Shown: positions 1 through 12,081, counted from the first letter of the whole stretch. The stretch is DNA of 63,633 nucleotides, filler included, from Syncephalis fuscata S228 (GCA_025786725.1; 4 parts of 4 records of this genome joined end to end with filler, not necessarily neighbours in it), one strand, 5' to 3'. Translations and numbers: made by a program. Notes: generated by a model from the sequence alone, not told the origin.

Positions 1-1155
1 TTCATTGCTGTAGTCTTCTTCTGTTTGGTGTTGACTTGTCATCTCTACGTCTTCTCCGTCTTCTACCTCTACCTCTCCCTCTTCTCTCTCTCCCATTGCT
101 GGCTCATCTTCCAGCGCCATTCCTTCTTCCATGTCACACACCATTGTCTCTACTGCTCCTTCTTCCGGCTTTTTGGCCGCTGCCGCTACTATGGCTAGCT
201 GCTTCGCTGTCTTCTCTAGCTCTTCCGTTTGGCGTCGCGTTTTCACACCCCCGCTAGCTAGATTTATTCCTGCTACTGGTCTTGTCTTTCTTTGTCTTCC
301 CTTCTTTGCTGGTGGTGGTAACTCTTGTTCTTCTTGTTGTTCTTGTTCTTCTTCTACTACTACTACTGCTACTGCTACCTCTCCTTCTTCTCTTTCTTCT
401 TCCTCCACCATTTCATTTTCTTCGTCTTCGTTCACATCTGTTGCTTCTGGCGTTTGCTGTTCTTCTTGTTGTTTTTCGTGTTCAGCTGTCACTGTATTGT
501 TGGCTGGTGCTGTGTTTCTCTGCTGCCAGCTTCCCGATGTACAGTCAACTGCGATATGTCCCACCATGTGGCACCTAAAGCACGCGTCTCTTCTTCCGAT
601 CTTCAGCATCATCGCCCCCACTCTTATTCTTGTCGGTATTTTCTTCTCGTCTGTTTCGACTTTACACACTACTATTGGAGACTCTAATACGCAGTCATAG
701 AATCTCTTTTCTAGTCTGTGTATCGCCCAGACTTTGCTGTTTGGCCCCAATTCTTCTCTTAATTTTTGTGCCACGTGCTCCAACTCTGTTGCCGCGTCCA
801 CCCCTATCACTTTCAGTGGTATTGGTGCTGGCCCTTCATAGCTTCTTACTTTGATGTGCTCTTCTCCAATATAAAAGCCTTCTCTCACCATCAAGTTTAC
901 TTGTTGTTTAGAGAATAAGCTAAACACATATTCCCCTGCTGCATTATCAATACTGTACTTGATTTTTTTTCCTTCTTTTAATTTCTTAACAATCGCCTGC
1001 GCGACTTCTGCTATTCTGTTAACATTTGTCATCTGTACCCCGATACAATGCTTCAATACTCTTTCCTTTCTTAATTTCTCCGCTTCGCTTTCCATCGTTT
1101 TCACAATGTTGTTTGTTACTTTTTCTGAGTAAAGCTGACGCTGCTGGGTTGTCAT
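1..1155 (-). mobile_element. Retroelement ORF1/Gag-like protein (CCHC zinc knuckle), 3' end runs off the window; probably a non-LTR element
   Basis: Manual translation from ATG 1155-1153 (MTTQQRQLYSEKV...) stays open for 385 codons to position 1. It contains CFRCHMVGHIAVDC (CX2CX4HX4C, ~541-582) followed by a Glu-rich low-complexity tail, and has no introns. It is missing from the ORF track because there is no stop inside the window. Confidence 0.75.
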
Positions 1156-1219
1156 TTTTCTTGATGTCTTTTTCTTCTTTTTTCCTTTGAAAAAATATAA
1201 ATGGAAAGAGTCGTGGAAT

Positions 1220-3050
1220 TGTATATTAGCTGATTATACACTAATTATATCCATGTATTGCATGTGCATTAATAATTTGATATTAACAGAAAGTAAGTTA
1301 TATTTTATATTAGTTATTTACTTACTAATCATATTCATGTACTATGTATAAACAAATATTAATAGAATGTAAGTAGCATTATATATTAATTGATTACTGG
1401 TCAACTATATACCGTGTATTGTCTGTATTAATAATTTACTATTAATAGGCAGTAGGTGATATTGTACATTAATTAAATATGCGCTAATTATGTGTCGTAT
1501 GTTGTGTGCATTTATAATTTAATATTAATAGAGAGTAAGTTGTATTGTATATAAATTGACTATAAATTGACTATACTATTTACTGGTGGTATTAATTATT
1601 TGATATTAATAGAGAGTAAGTGGCACTGTATATTAATTGACTATACATTAATAATGCTATTTATTGCTAATATCAATTATTTAATGTTAATAGATTGTAA
1701 GTAATATTGTATATTAATTGGATATACATTAACTATGCTATTTACTGATTGTATTGATTATTTAATATTAATAGGGAGTAAGTGGTGTTGTATATTAACT
1801 AACTATACATTAACTATACTATTTACTGATTGTATCAATTATTTAATATTAATAGACAGTAAGCTATATTGTGTATTAACTGCCTATACATTAACCATGC
1901 TATTTACCTATGATATTGCTTATTTAATATTAATAGGTCGTAAGTGATGTTTTATATTAATTAGCTATACATTAACTATGCTATTTACTGATTGTATTGC
2001 TTATTTAATATTAATAGCTGGTAAGCTATCTTGTATATTAATCGGCTATATATTAACTATGCTATTTACTAATTATATTAATTATTTAATATTAATAGTG
2101 GGTAAGTTGTATTGTATATTAATTTACTATACATTAACCATGCTATTTATTGATTGTACCAATTATTTAATATTACCAGCTTGTAAGTGATGTCTTATAT
2201 TATTTAATTATACATTAACTATGCTATTTACTGATGGTATTGCTTATTTAATATTAATAGGTCGTAAGTGATGTCTTATATTATCTGATTATACATTAAC
2301 TATGTTATTTACTGATGGTATTAATTATTCAATATTAATAGGTTGTAAGTAATATTGTATATCAATGATATTTACTAATAATACTAATTATTTAATATTA
2401 ATAGTCTGTAAGTGATATTGCATATTAATTTACTATACATTAATAATGCTATTTACTAATTGTACTAATTTTTAATATTACCAGCTTGTAAGTGATGTCT
2501 TGTATTATCTGATTATACATTAACTATGCTATTTACTGACGATATTGCTTATTTAATATTAATAGGTCGTAAGTGGTATTATATTATCTGATTATACATT
2601 AACTATGTTATTTACTGATGGTATTAATTATTTAACATTAATAGGTTGTAAGTTGCATGATATATTATCTGATTATACATTAACTATGCTATTTATTGAT
2701 TGTACCAATTGTTTAATAATAATAGTTGGTAAGTTATATTGTATATTAATTGGATATACATTAACTATATACTATGTATTGTGTATCAACAACTTAATAT
2801 TAATAGAATGTAAGCTGTACTGCATATTAATTGATTACTCACTAATTATATGTTATTTATTGGTTGCACTAATTATTTAATATAATAGGCGGTGGTAAGT
2901 GGTATTTTATATTAATTGGCTATGCATTAATTACATGCTGTCTATTATGTGTATTAATATATTAATATTAATAGTTCGTAAGTTGTACTGTGTATTAACT
3001 GACTTATACATTAACTATACGACATGTAATATCTTTATTTATAAATGCAG
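1220..3050 (+). repeat. Tandem array of ~81-bp units (63-86 bp); each unit is a GT-AG intron plus a 3-nt spacer
   Basis: About 23 units with consensus GTAAGT..attgtatattaattgactatacattaactatgctatttactgattgtattaattatttaatattaaTAG-NNN. The 27-aa periodicity in the ORF track reflects the 81-nt period. Confidence 0.95.
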
Positions 3051-3067
3051 CCAACCCACAATCATAA
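1290..3067 (+). CDS. Micro-exon gene A (5'-truncated): Cys-rich small peptide ...KCKKNWNSPVACRFSCRFECGVPNPQS*
   Basis: 22 micro-exons flanked by AG and GT, starting at 1290 AAA, 1366 AAT, 1449 GCA, 1532 AGA, 1613 AGA, 1694 ATT, 1775 GGA, 1856 ACA, 1937 GTC, 2018 CTG, 2099 TGG, 2180 CTT, 2261 GTC, 2342 GTT, 2405 TCT, 2485 CTT, 2566 GTC, 2645 GTT, 2726 TTG, 2807 AAT, 2889 GCGGTG, 2975 TTC. Terminal exon from 3051 (after CAG). Read in phase 1, as in gene B, it is open and ends at TAA 3065-3067. The phase is assumed because exon 1 is not in the window. Confidence 0.75.
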
Positions 3068-5084
3068 AAGCATTAACATTGGTAGTGCAATCGGATCATT
3101 ATTCCAATACACTTTAGGTATATATTCGGTGAAATGCAAGACTATTTGACAACTACGCCGTCCAGTCTATTTATATATCAAGTTTTGGCCAATGCTCCGG
3201 TTTATCCAGTCTCTAATCAATGGAATCATTATTTTGCCAACAACTTTGCATTTAGTTGTTCCTATTCAACTGTGCAAGTTTATAGTAATAAACTTATGGT
3301 TCCATCTTAATTATATACAATCAAATTGCTATATCTATAATTATATCATGTAAGCTATAAACATAGATTGGTATGGATAGTAGCAAAGCTATCATTATCA
3401 TATAGCCAAACAATATTATGCTGAAATTAGAATAAATACGCTTTTTAATAAAACACGACAATAAAGCATACAATATTATAAAACAAAATAAATAGACAAA
3501 ACAAATACGTGAATAGTAATAACAAAACTATACTGTATGCAATTAGCCAATAGTAATGAACGAAATGGATCAAGATCTGCTAAAAGAATACAGTTAGCAA
3601 TGAACTTTTAGCTTTTATTAATATAGTTTTCTACAATTTACAATATTAATGATATAGACGGACATATAGTATATGTATACAGAATAGATAAGTACAGTAC
3701 AACAATAATGATAAATAAATAGCTTAATAACCAATGACACTCAACAGCCAGTTTCATCTTCAATAAAGCGGATATTTTGTTTAAATGTGTGGCTATTATA
3801 GCTATTTAACTGCCAAATCACACTAAACAACCAATAGCATGCTCAATATTGTGGAAAAGTGATCTTTATTTAGTTAATAAAAATATCATAAGATTTGATA
3901 CAAATCAAGTGGTTTAAATGATCCGTCACAGCACCCTCTTAAGCTTCTTTCGCCATGTTCCACAACTCTTTTAAATTGGAACATTGGAGCGACTACTGCG
4001 ACATTTAAAATGAACGTTACAAGTAGATTGTTCTAGTTTATCAATGACAAATGCCATGTTGACGGTTTTATTTTGCACATCTTCACTCTTGCTTGATACA
4101 CCAACTAATTAATTTAAGTTGATCAAAGCAATAACACTTTTATGTAATTCGGAATTATTTAATTGCTATATCTGATATTCAAAATACTCTAAATCAATCT
4201 AATCTTATTTGTTGGTTAGATTTAAAATCTAAAAATATTTATTAATTAAATCATTTTTGTTTGCATTACACTTTATTTATTTTGATAGTTGTTTCATTAG
4301 TAGTTTGTGTTTGTTCAATAAAAACGGTTATTTAACATCAACTACTGTTTCAACACAATTAGTGCTAATTTCTACATAGCATATTTTTGTATTGTATTTT
4401 TTTGAGTTGCATTTGCCGTAAGTATATTATCGAAAGTCTTTTAACAAATAAATGCGATTGACATTACTGTTAATATTGCTACAATGAACTAAATTATGTA
4501 AATAAGCAAAGTTTTATAATCTAATTCATTTTAATTTATTATCAAAATTTATACAATTGTAACTATTGTTATAAGTTAAAGCCATTTGATACTAATAAGT
4601 ATTATTATTAAACTAATATTAAAACATCTAAGTAAGCTACTATTTCTATTTCTTTTTTTCCTTTAGTTACTTGGTCAAAGCTACATAATTTTATTACTAG
4701 TGTTATAGCAATGCCATCCTTTTTTTAGCGAATCAAAAGCATACCAAATTTTGTAATGAGAAATAATCGCATCTATTGAGCTATTATAATTGCTAGTATG
4801 TATTAAATAATTAAATACGCATTTAATGCTTTTAACGTTGGATAACCATTTATACAGATTTAAAGTGTTATCAATTTTGATGGTTTGGCTAAGTCTAAAC
4901 AAATAGCCAATTGTTAATATCAAATAAAGCAAGGGGATACACATCCCTTACATATTTTGCTTAAATGAAATTAAGGAGATGTTTGTATTAAATAGATTAG
5001 CTGGCCAAATATGCCAATATTCATTATCTCTTTAAGTTTGCACAAATATCTATTTTTTCAATACGACTATATAATTGCTTAAAA

Positions 5085-5741
5085 ATGCAAGTGTTACACT
5101 TTATGTTTATTGCAGTATGGTGGCTGTTTTTAACCACAAACGAAGGACTGGCTCATGAAAATGAAAACACTGTCGATTTAATGAGCATTCCATTAAATGA
5201 AAAATCTACAACTACGGCAGAACCACACACTGCTTCCAATGCCACCACGGCTACAACTATGGCTGCACCACACAATGCTACCAATGTTGCTAATACTACT
5301 ATGGCCATCGTAGCTACCGCTAATAATACTAAAAGTATCATTAACACCAATACTAAACCAGCAGCTACTAGTATCAATGGCGGTAGTGCAACAATAGCCG
5401 TTAGCAATAACACAGCACTTGCAGCCAATACTACAAGCAAAGTTGGACAAGTTGCTATAGGTAATAGCTCTGTTAGTAATAGATCTAGTAGTCATAATAC
5501 AGATGAGCAATTCCTATTTCCTCTACCAACTCTGACTGCAGCTGATACCAGTCCAGCAAGTGCACCTGACACCAAAAATCAAACAGACCACAAATCAATA
5601 CCAACAAGTCGTAATGCTACACGTAGTCGTATACGTAACAATCGACAAGACTTGAATGATGCCAATAAATTTATGACTTATTGGTTTACTTGTTTAATGG
5701 CTGTATTAACCTCTAGTGCAGTTATATATTGGCATAAATAA
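5085..5741 (+). CDS. Secreted or surface Ser/Thr/Asn-rich (mucin-like) protein, probably GPI-anchored or with a C-terminal TM segment
   Basis: 218-aa ORF with an N-terminal hydrophobic signal, many N-x-S/T sites and a hydrophobic C-terminus. Confidence 0.75.
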   Translation: MQVLHFMFIAVWWLFLTTNEGLAHENENTVDLMSIPLNEKSTTTAEPHTASNATTATTMAAPHNATNVANTTMAIVATANNTKSIINTNTKPAATSINGGSATIAVSNNTALAANTTSKVGQVAIGNSSVSNRSSSHNTDEQFLFPLPTLTAADTSPASAPDTKNQTDHKSIPTSRNATRSRIRNNRQDLNDANKFMTYWFTCLMAVLTSSAVIYWHK

Positions 5742-5792
5742 AATATTTTATTCACTAGAGTTAAATAAATGACAAATAAATGTTTTATTGTT

Positions 5793-7097
5793 TTATATTG
5801 GCACTTGTTTCAGCGCTAGCATTGCACATCGCTCCTTTGCTTCCTCGGGATAAAAGTAAACAGTCGATCCAGTATCTACATATACCGCAACTCTTGGACT
5901 TCCTACAAAATACAGCTTAATGCTACAGCTGTACATGCCGTTGGTTGTTCGCGTTAAACTATAAACCGGTGGCGCATAATCTAAATCACTGCACCGTTCC
6001 TCTAGTATTTGACTATAGCTAAGGCTGTCGCTGTTATCTACGCCATTAGAAAAGCTTGTTGCATCGCTCGACCCATATTGCTGGGCAGTGGACGAGTAAC
6101 ATGTAGTATGGTTGCTGCTGTCTACCGAATGTGCTGGCTCTTTGCCACTCACAGTACCAGAAGCAATTTGATTATACATTTGCAACGCACAGTCATTTAG
6201 TGCATCAATAATACGCAAATGACTTGCTCTACTAAAAGCAATAATGCCATCTATTTCTTTCTCGTGAAGATGCATAATCGATGTAAATGAACGGCCACTC
6301 TGTTTGATGGTAAATTCAGCCACTTGCTTGAGAGTTTGAACCATTGCTATTACTACTTTCAGTGGCTGTTCTTCAAGTTGTGGTCGTAAATTTGACACAC
6401 AATCCCCTTTAACAATGCCTTCAAGCTCGTCGCTATCCATGTAGGCCAGTGTTGTATAGGCCAGATAAGCGCATTGTTCGCGTCCTACCGTTGGATCACC
6501 CGCTTGATCTGGAAAAACGGTTGGATCGAATGTATCTACTAGAAACTCGCATCGTCCAATTCTCAAGCTACTTTGATACTTGGCTAGCGATAAATTGGTG
6601 CATTTTGCAACCTCTAACGGTACTTTATTCGCTAAAGCATTATCCAGCTGTTGCGGATCGTCCAACACAAGGCGAAATATTATCATAAAGTTGTTAGAGA
6701 CTGGGAATATTGCTTCAGAATTTACATCTGGTTGGCCATTCACTAGTCTGTGGCCGTAAGAGGGAAGAGCTGGGCTATGCGGTAAACGTTTGTATAGTAC
6801 TTCATCTAACGCTGCGCTAAATGTAGCGTGGCCAGACGGTGGAATCAGTACTGTTTCTTCTAATTCATCATCAGGCGCCAGCTGAACACTTTCCAACAGT
6901 TGGCAGGTTAGCTTGATGTGTTCAGTGCCGCTAGAACCAAGACTAGGCGCTGACAGCACAGCAAGGTTTACTTCTGGCGTTTCTAGCAGCGGCTCGAGTC
7001 GTATAGCACCAAGCTCATCAAGAAGAGCTTCAAGCGCATCAGATGAAGGCAATATAGCATCTTCAGCTTGTATGCTGTCGAAATCACTAATAGTCAT
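5793..7097 (-). CDS. Protein with double-stranded RNA-binding motif(s)
   Basis: 434-aa intronless ORF. The C-terminus (ILEERCSDLDYAPPVY...YSCSIKL...EEAKERCAMLALKQV) follows the dsRBM alpha-beta-beta-beta-alpha pattern. A second degenerate copy ends at GREQCAYLAYTTL. Confidence 0.6.
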   Translation of the reverse strand: MTISDFDSIQAEDAILPSSDALEALLDELGAIRLEPLLETPEVNLAVLSAPSLGSSGTEHIKLTCQLLESVQLAPDDELEETVLIPPSGHATFSAALDEVLYKRLPHSPALPSYGHRLVNGQPDVNSEAIFPVSNNFMIIFRLVLDDPQQLDNALANKVPLEVAKCTNLSLAKYQSSLRIGRCEFLVDTFDPTVFPDQAGDPTVGREQCAYLAYTTLAYMDSDELEGIVKGDCVSNLRPQLEEQPLKVVIAMVQTLKQVAEFTIKQSGRSFTSIMHLHEKEIDGIIAFSRASHLRIIDALNDCALQMYNQIASGTVSGKEPAHSVDSSNHTTCYSSTAQQYGSSDATSFSNGVDNSDSLSYSQILEERCSDLDYAPPVYSLTRTTNGMYSCSIKLYFVGSPRVAVYVDTGSTVYFYPEEAKERCAMLALKQVPI

Positions 7098-7213
7098 CGT
7101 GGATTCAACAAAGAAAAGACATATATATTACAAAGGAGGTAAAGAAAGATGGTGGTAAATTTATTGCCATTACAAATTAAAAATACTAAACGTTCATTTA
7201 AATGGCATCTACA

Positions 7214-8289
7214 TTATGCTGACGCTGTCTTGACCCATAGCTTGTGTGCACTAAGCATGCCTGACAATAGACCGGTCAAAGCTGGCCATCCGTCGGAGAA
7301 CTGCCAATGGAACATATCATATGTGCAGAATCCAAGATCACCTAAGAATTTACCGCATGAAACGCGTAGCCAATACTGCTTGTCATACAAAGTAGCCAGT
7401 GTCTTTTCGGCCACTTGGATTGTTCTATGATCGGCGTCGCCGTCTGTCACATCTTGTTGTAGCGTTTAATCATAAGCTTCTGCGTATCAATCTTATCTTG
7501 CAATGCTAATTGATCCTTAGCATTGGCATACAAGTCAAACCATATACCGGTAAACCAGAAGCGAAGTGACCATACTTCCGATGGATCTTCCATCCATTTG
7601 GTAGACAGTTGATGCGACATAGGCAGTATATATCGTCAAGAAGATCATTCATAAAACCAACTATAGGTGGCACACCACCCATAGCCAACGTAGTAGCATA
7701 GCCGTCGATATCTGCGGTGGATTCTTGCTACTTTGTCCGTCGGTCAATTTACGGCCTGGCATATCCGATAGCCACTCGACTATTTCATCGTAAGTTCCAA
7801 CCAGTGGCCAAGACGAATAATCTTGCGTGTTGTGCTAAATGCCTTGTCAATGCTGACAAACGTTCTCGTAACAATGCGTCCTTTGGGGTTTAAGTGCTTT
7901 CCATAACAGTACTTTAATAAATACTGTATCAACTTCATTGTTTGTCCCGACCATCTGTCTGACGAACAAAACGTATATAAAGTGCCAATAAAGGTACACC
8001 GGGTTTAATGGCTGCCTTGGCGTCGATAATGGCGCCGCAGTCATCGACTTGGCTAGAACTGGCGTACCATTAGATGTCATTGGATTACTTGCCAGTTTGC
8101 TCGTTGGCAACAAAGTATAAGTTTGATTTACGCTTTGCTTGTTATTACTTGCGCATTAATTGGTGTGGTAGCCAAGGTATTACCACTAGAGTTATTATTA
8201 TTATTATTATTACTGCTATTATCTCCAGCTACTTGGCTATCGATTGTTATTGTTGCTGTTGTTGAATCTTCAATAAAGTGAGGCCCCAT
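7214..8289 (-). pseudogene. PEX11-family peroxisomal membrane protein with many frameshifts (assembly errors or pseudogene)
   Basis: Fragments in shifting frames: QTDGRDK.MKLIQY, KAFSTTRKIIRLGHW, FMNDLLDDIYCL, SLRFWFTGIWFDLY, GKFLGDLGFCTYD...GLLSGMLSAHKLW. These are characteristic Pex11 motifs. Candidate ATG at 8289. Confidence 0.7.
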
Positions 8290-8879
8290 GGTGCCACGTT
8301 GTACAAACGTACTGCAGATGAGTTGAAAAAAGTTTCAATTGAAGATGAGACTCTAACAACGAATTCAGTACTAGAGCTGAGACTGCCTCAATGTGAAAAT
8401 AGAATCTAGGCTATGCAGCGAATATGGTATGTTAATGCAAAGAAGGAAAGAGCTGTGGTGAGTTTAGAGATTAGCAACCACGTGGTGTGAGTAGAGTGAT
8501 AAGCAGGAGTGAAAGTGGTGAACAGTGCCAATGGCAGAAAATGTAAAGAAGCGTTAAAAAGTTTGACGCATATCAGTAGACTAATTTATTACCTCACTTT
8601 TAATTGTTCTATGATAGTAAATGGTTTTAGTGGTCAAGCGACTTTACATTCTATTTACTATGATAATGTCATTTTATCCTATATTCTAATTTCTTCAGCT
8701 GCAATTTATCCATTTATTATATTATCTATCAGTGCATTGGCTACTCATTGCATAAAACTAATAAAACTGCTTATTTATTGATGGTTGTATTTGTTGTAAA
8801 TAATGATTTATCCTCTGTTATGCACATTGTAATCTCTTCACTGGTATTCAGGCACTTTCTCTTGCCCAATTATAGCATT

Positions 8880-10005
8880 CTATGTTATTTTGCTTTTTTC
8901 TGACTCTAATTGTATCCGACTGATTGCATTTGTAAAGTCTTCTATTAATCCTGAATTTCTATTATAGTTATTTGAAGGGCCAAGATAATCAGAAAGATCA
9001 TCCCACTTGTCTACATCTCCAGAACCATAAAGCTTTTTCGTTATCGCAACTTTTACATCGGCAGGAACAAGACGAAGACTTTCATTTGTGACAAACTCAT
9101 TTGTTTCACGAATGCTAATAATTCCTTTTTCTACTGGAATGGCATTATTGAAGTTGATGAAATATGGTACATATTCGCCAAGTTCATTCTTATCGATGCA
9201 AATATCTAGCAATGTCGTTAACATAAACATTAGTAATAAACATAATACCTGCCTTTAAAGTCCTTATGGGCATACCATCCCAATTTTTTAATAATATATA
9301 GACCTAATAGTAACTTAGTATACATTATATAGACAATAAAAGCCCGTACCGTCTGCAATCTTCCGCCAGAGAGTTTCTATTTTTTCCAAATCCTTATCAC
9401 TAATTAAAGTTAAAATAATGTATTTTATGTAAAATTAATATTGTTCGAGTTCAACATACCTGGTGAATACTTTAGTAAATTGTTTATATGTCTTTGCACA
9501 TTGGCCTGGTAAGACATAGCATTTATTTCCAGAAAATGTGATAATTTCTTTAGGTATGGCAATCAAAGAGCTATATTTTTCTAATAATTTGGAATTTTCC
9601 TTTAAAGACTGTTGATAATGATATTTGTTAGTTTTTGCATATCTATGTTATGCAAAACTTGCCTGATATACTTTAAACGCGCTATTTTCTACAATTGTAT
9701 CCGATTTACATGCAAGTGTAATAGGCCCTTTATTCTGTGTTCCTTTGATATAATATACGCCATTGACTTTGTATGGCGTGTTGGTAAACTTAATATTTTT
9801 TTGATAAACGGGCTATCTGTGTTTTTATTTTCTGGCCCATAAAGGCTACATGAATATATGTTAGTAAAATAAAATGAATAACATGGAGTAGATACTTGCT
9901 AATGGTTTTGAATGGATTTATAATGTTAGTGGGCGTGGCATAAGTAGCTGATACTAGCATGCATGCAGTAGCAGCGATAGCGAGAATGGATTTTATCGTG
10001 ACCAT
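8880..10005 (-). CDS. Secreted kinase-like (probable pseudokinase) protein, multi-exon
   Basis: Signal peptide MVTIKSILAIAATACMLVSATYA and several GT/GC-AG introns. Segments GPITLACKSD, IAIPKEIITFSGNKCYVL, QTVR, DKNELGEYVPYFINFNNA loosely follow kinase subdomain order. One apparent frameshift in an A-run at ~9796-9802. Confidence 0.5.
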
Positions 10006-10778
10006 GTCTATGTCAAGGTTCAGTCGTCAAATAGAAGATGGTGCTTTCTATAAGATTAGTACGTAAAAAAGTGATGTGATAGTTAGACAAATGAACATTT
10101 TAAAATGCAGATATTTATAGTAAATATATCATGCAATGATCTTTGTATTTACTATGAGATTGGACAAGTACGAAATACATATTTCTGTGTAAAAAATGTG
10201 GAAGAGCACATGGAAATATACCGTAAACAACTATTCTATACATCTCAATACAGCTACTGAAACTACAAATGTTTTAAAATAGCATTCTCGTTTTTATTTG
10301 TATATATTGAGTGATAAAACAAGTAAAACAGCGACTCACTATAGTAATACAGGTGCGTTTGGTTTTATTCTTCAAGCGCCGATATTCGAAGCAAATTGCA
10401 AATTTGTTTGTAAACTCCGTAAATCAAAATTACTACTTTTGTTAATACTAATTGGAACTCAGAAATGTCATAATTTAAACACAGATTCTAGCAATATACA
10501 TTGTAATTAATCAACAATTCAATGGTTGTTTAGAACATATAAATAGTCACATAAACTGATATGCTGCGTTAATGATATATGATACAAACTATTTAAACTT
10601 TATTATTAGTTATGTTGACTATATAATAATTTAATTAGCATTAATAAAATTCAAAAGTTTTTAGTTTATTAGCAAATCACTATTCGTTTACTTGAATTAA
10701 GCGGAATTGGCATAATGCTGCTTTAATAAATAGCAGTAAAGACAGATGACGGTTTATTATTAAAAATTATAGGTTTAA

Positions 10779-11396
10779 TTATAATGTTTGTGAAGCACAT
10801 TCGTCAAATATTTGAGCAACAATTCGCTCGGCATTTGGGCAGTGTTGTCGGGTCGATTCAGTGGCATGACGTAATGCACAAATACGCTGCTCGTGCCTTG
10901 ATGGCATGTAGCTGCACTCCCCACGAAGACTTGCTCGTACCTCACCGCAAGCCAAAGCATAACAACTTGTAGTACTGTATTGTTTAGCGTCATAGGCATG
11001 CACCAACTCATGTACAAGTGCACCTTCAACTTCCCTCCTATCTTTTACTTTATCACTACAAATAACAACTCTAAACAACGACAACAATGACAATGATAAT
11101 AATAAATACGCATATACACATTCTTATCTATTTTAGTTACTTACCGTTGATAGTTTGAATCGTAATAAGCTATCGAGTTATTATCACGCGTTGTATTGCG
11201 ACAAACACGACAAGTTACACCTCGTCGTAAACTATCACGATTTTCGAAATAGATACGCGCAAGCAAGTGTCGCACGCGGGGTGACTCTACAATCTATAAT
11301 AGATCCATTGAGCAATTGATTAATTTAAGCAATGGTTATGATTATGGTGACTATTCATACCTCAGCCAATGCACTGGTACACTCGTGCTCTTGCAT
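10779..11396 (-). CDS. ATP23/peptidase M76-like metalloprotease (short form, 3 exons)
   Basis: HELVHAYD zinc motif, LACGEVRA, and C-terminal IFDEC. Upstream exons from ATG 11396 (MQEHECTSALAE). Confidence 0.75.
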
Positions 11397-12081
11397 AATG
11401 AATAATCAAAAGTGTTTAAAATAAAGAAGCTATTATACTTTAACTTTCATTTTTTATCCATTTCACCCATCTTAACACCTTTAGTCACAATTAAACACTT
11501 GTTCATTACTATAACATGTATATATTACATCCAATATTAATTGATTGATGTGCAATTATCAATACAATAATGTAATTGATTAGTTATTTTTATTACTACT
11601 TCAATATATATATTGTCATTGTAATATTAATTGTTCAAATGCCATTTATTTAGTCAGATTGGCTATAAGAAAATTGCTGTTTAATAAACAACTTTTATAA
11701 TAATTATATTAATCTTGAGTTTACATCACAAATATGTCCAAAATGCAACAGTAGAATATTAGAAATAGAAGATACCATTCAAACGCAAGGATCCATGCGA
11801 TACGTAGATGCAATAACAACAAATGCGAAATGATATGGAGTTGCAATCATATGGTTTCTACTAATATTTAATCAATCTTTCTACACATGACCAATAACAA
11901 CAATCGGTCTCAAATATTTCAAAGAAATCAAATAGTATGTTACATTGCTTATTTAAATCAATTTATTAACAATATTTTAATAGGAGGTAATATAGCTATG
12001 TTGTGGATAACAGCACGACTTCAATTAGAACAAATTCTACTTTAGGGATCCAAAACGAGAAAGTTAAAGTAAAATTCGACT

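Noticed and set aside
36-854. Plus-strand Leu/Ser/Phe-rich ORFs
   Set aside because: Antisense shadows of the purine-rich retroelement ORF on the minus strand.
1220-3050. CRISPR array or plain centromeric satellite interpretation of the arrays (also 21433-22600)
   Set aside because: The context is eukaryotic with no cas genes, and the variable part is only 3 nt. A neutral satellite would not keep AG/GT invariant around triplet spacers or link to a signal exon and an in-frame stop.
1735-3117. ORF-track proteins with 27-aa repeats (MLFTDCIDYLILIG...)
   Set aside because: They are read-through of the 81-bp intron repeat, broken by stops and by units whose length is not a multiple of 3.
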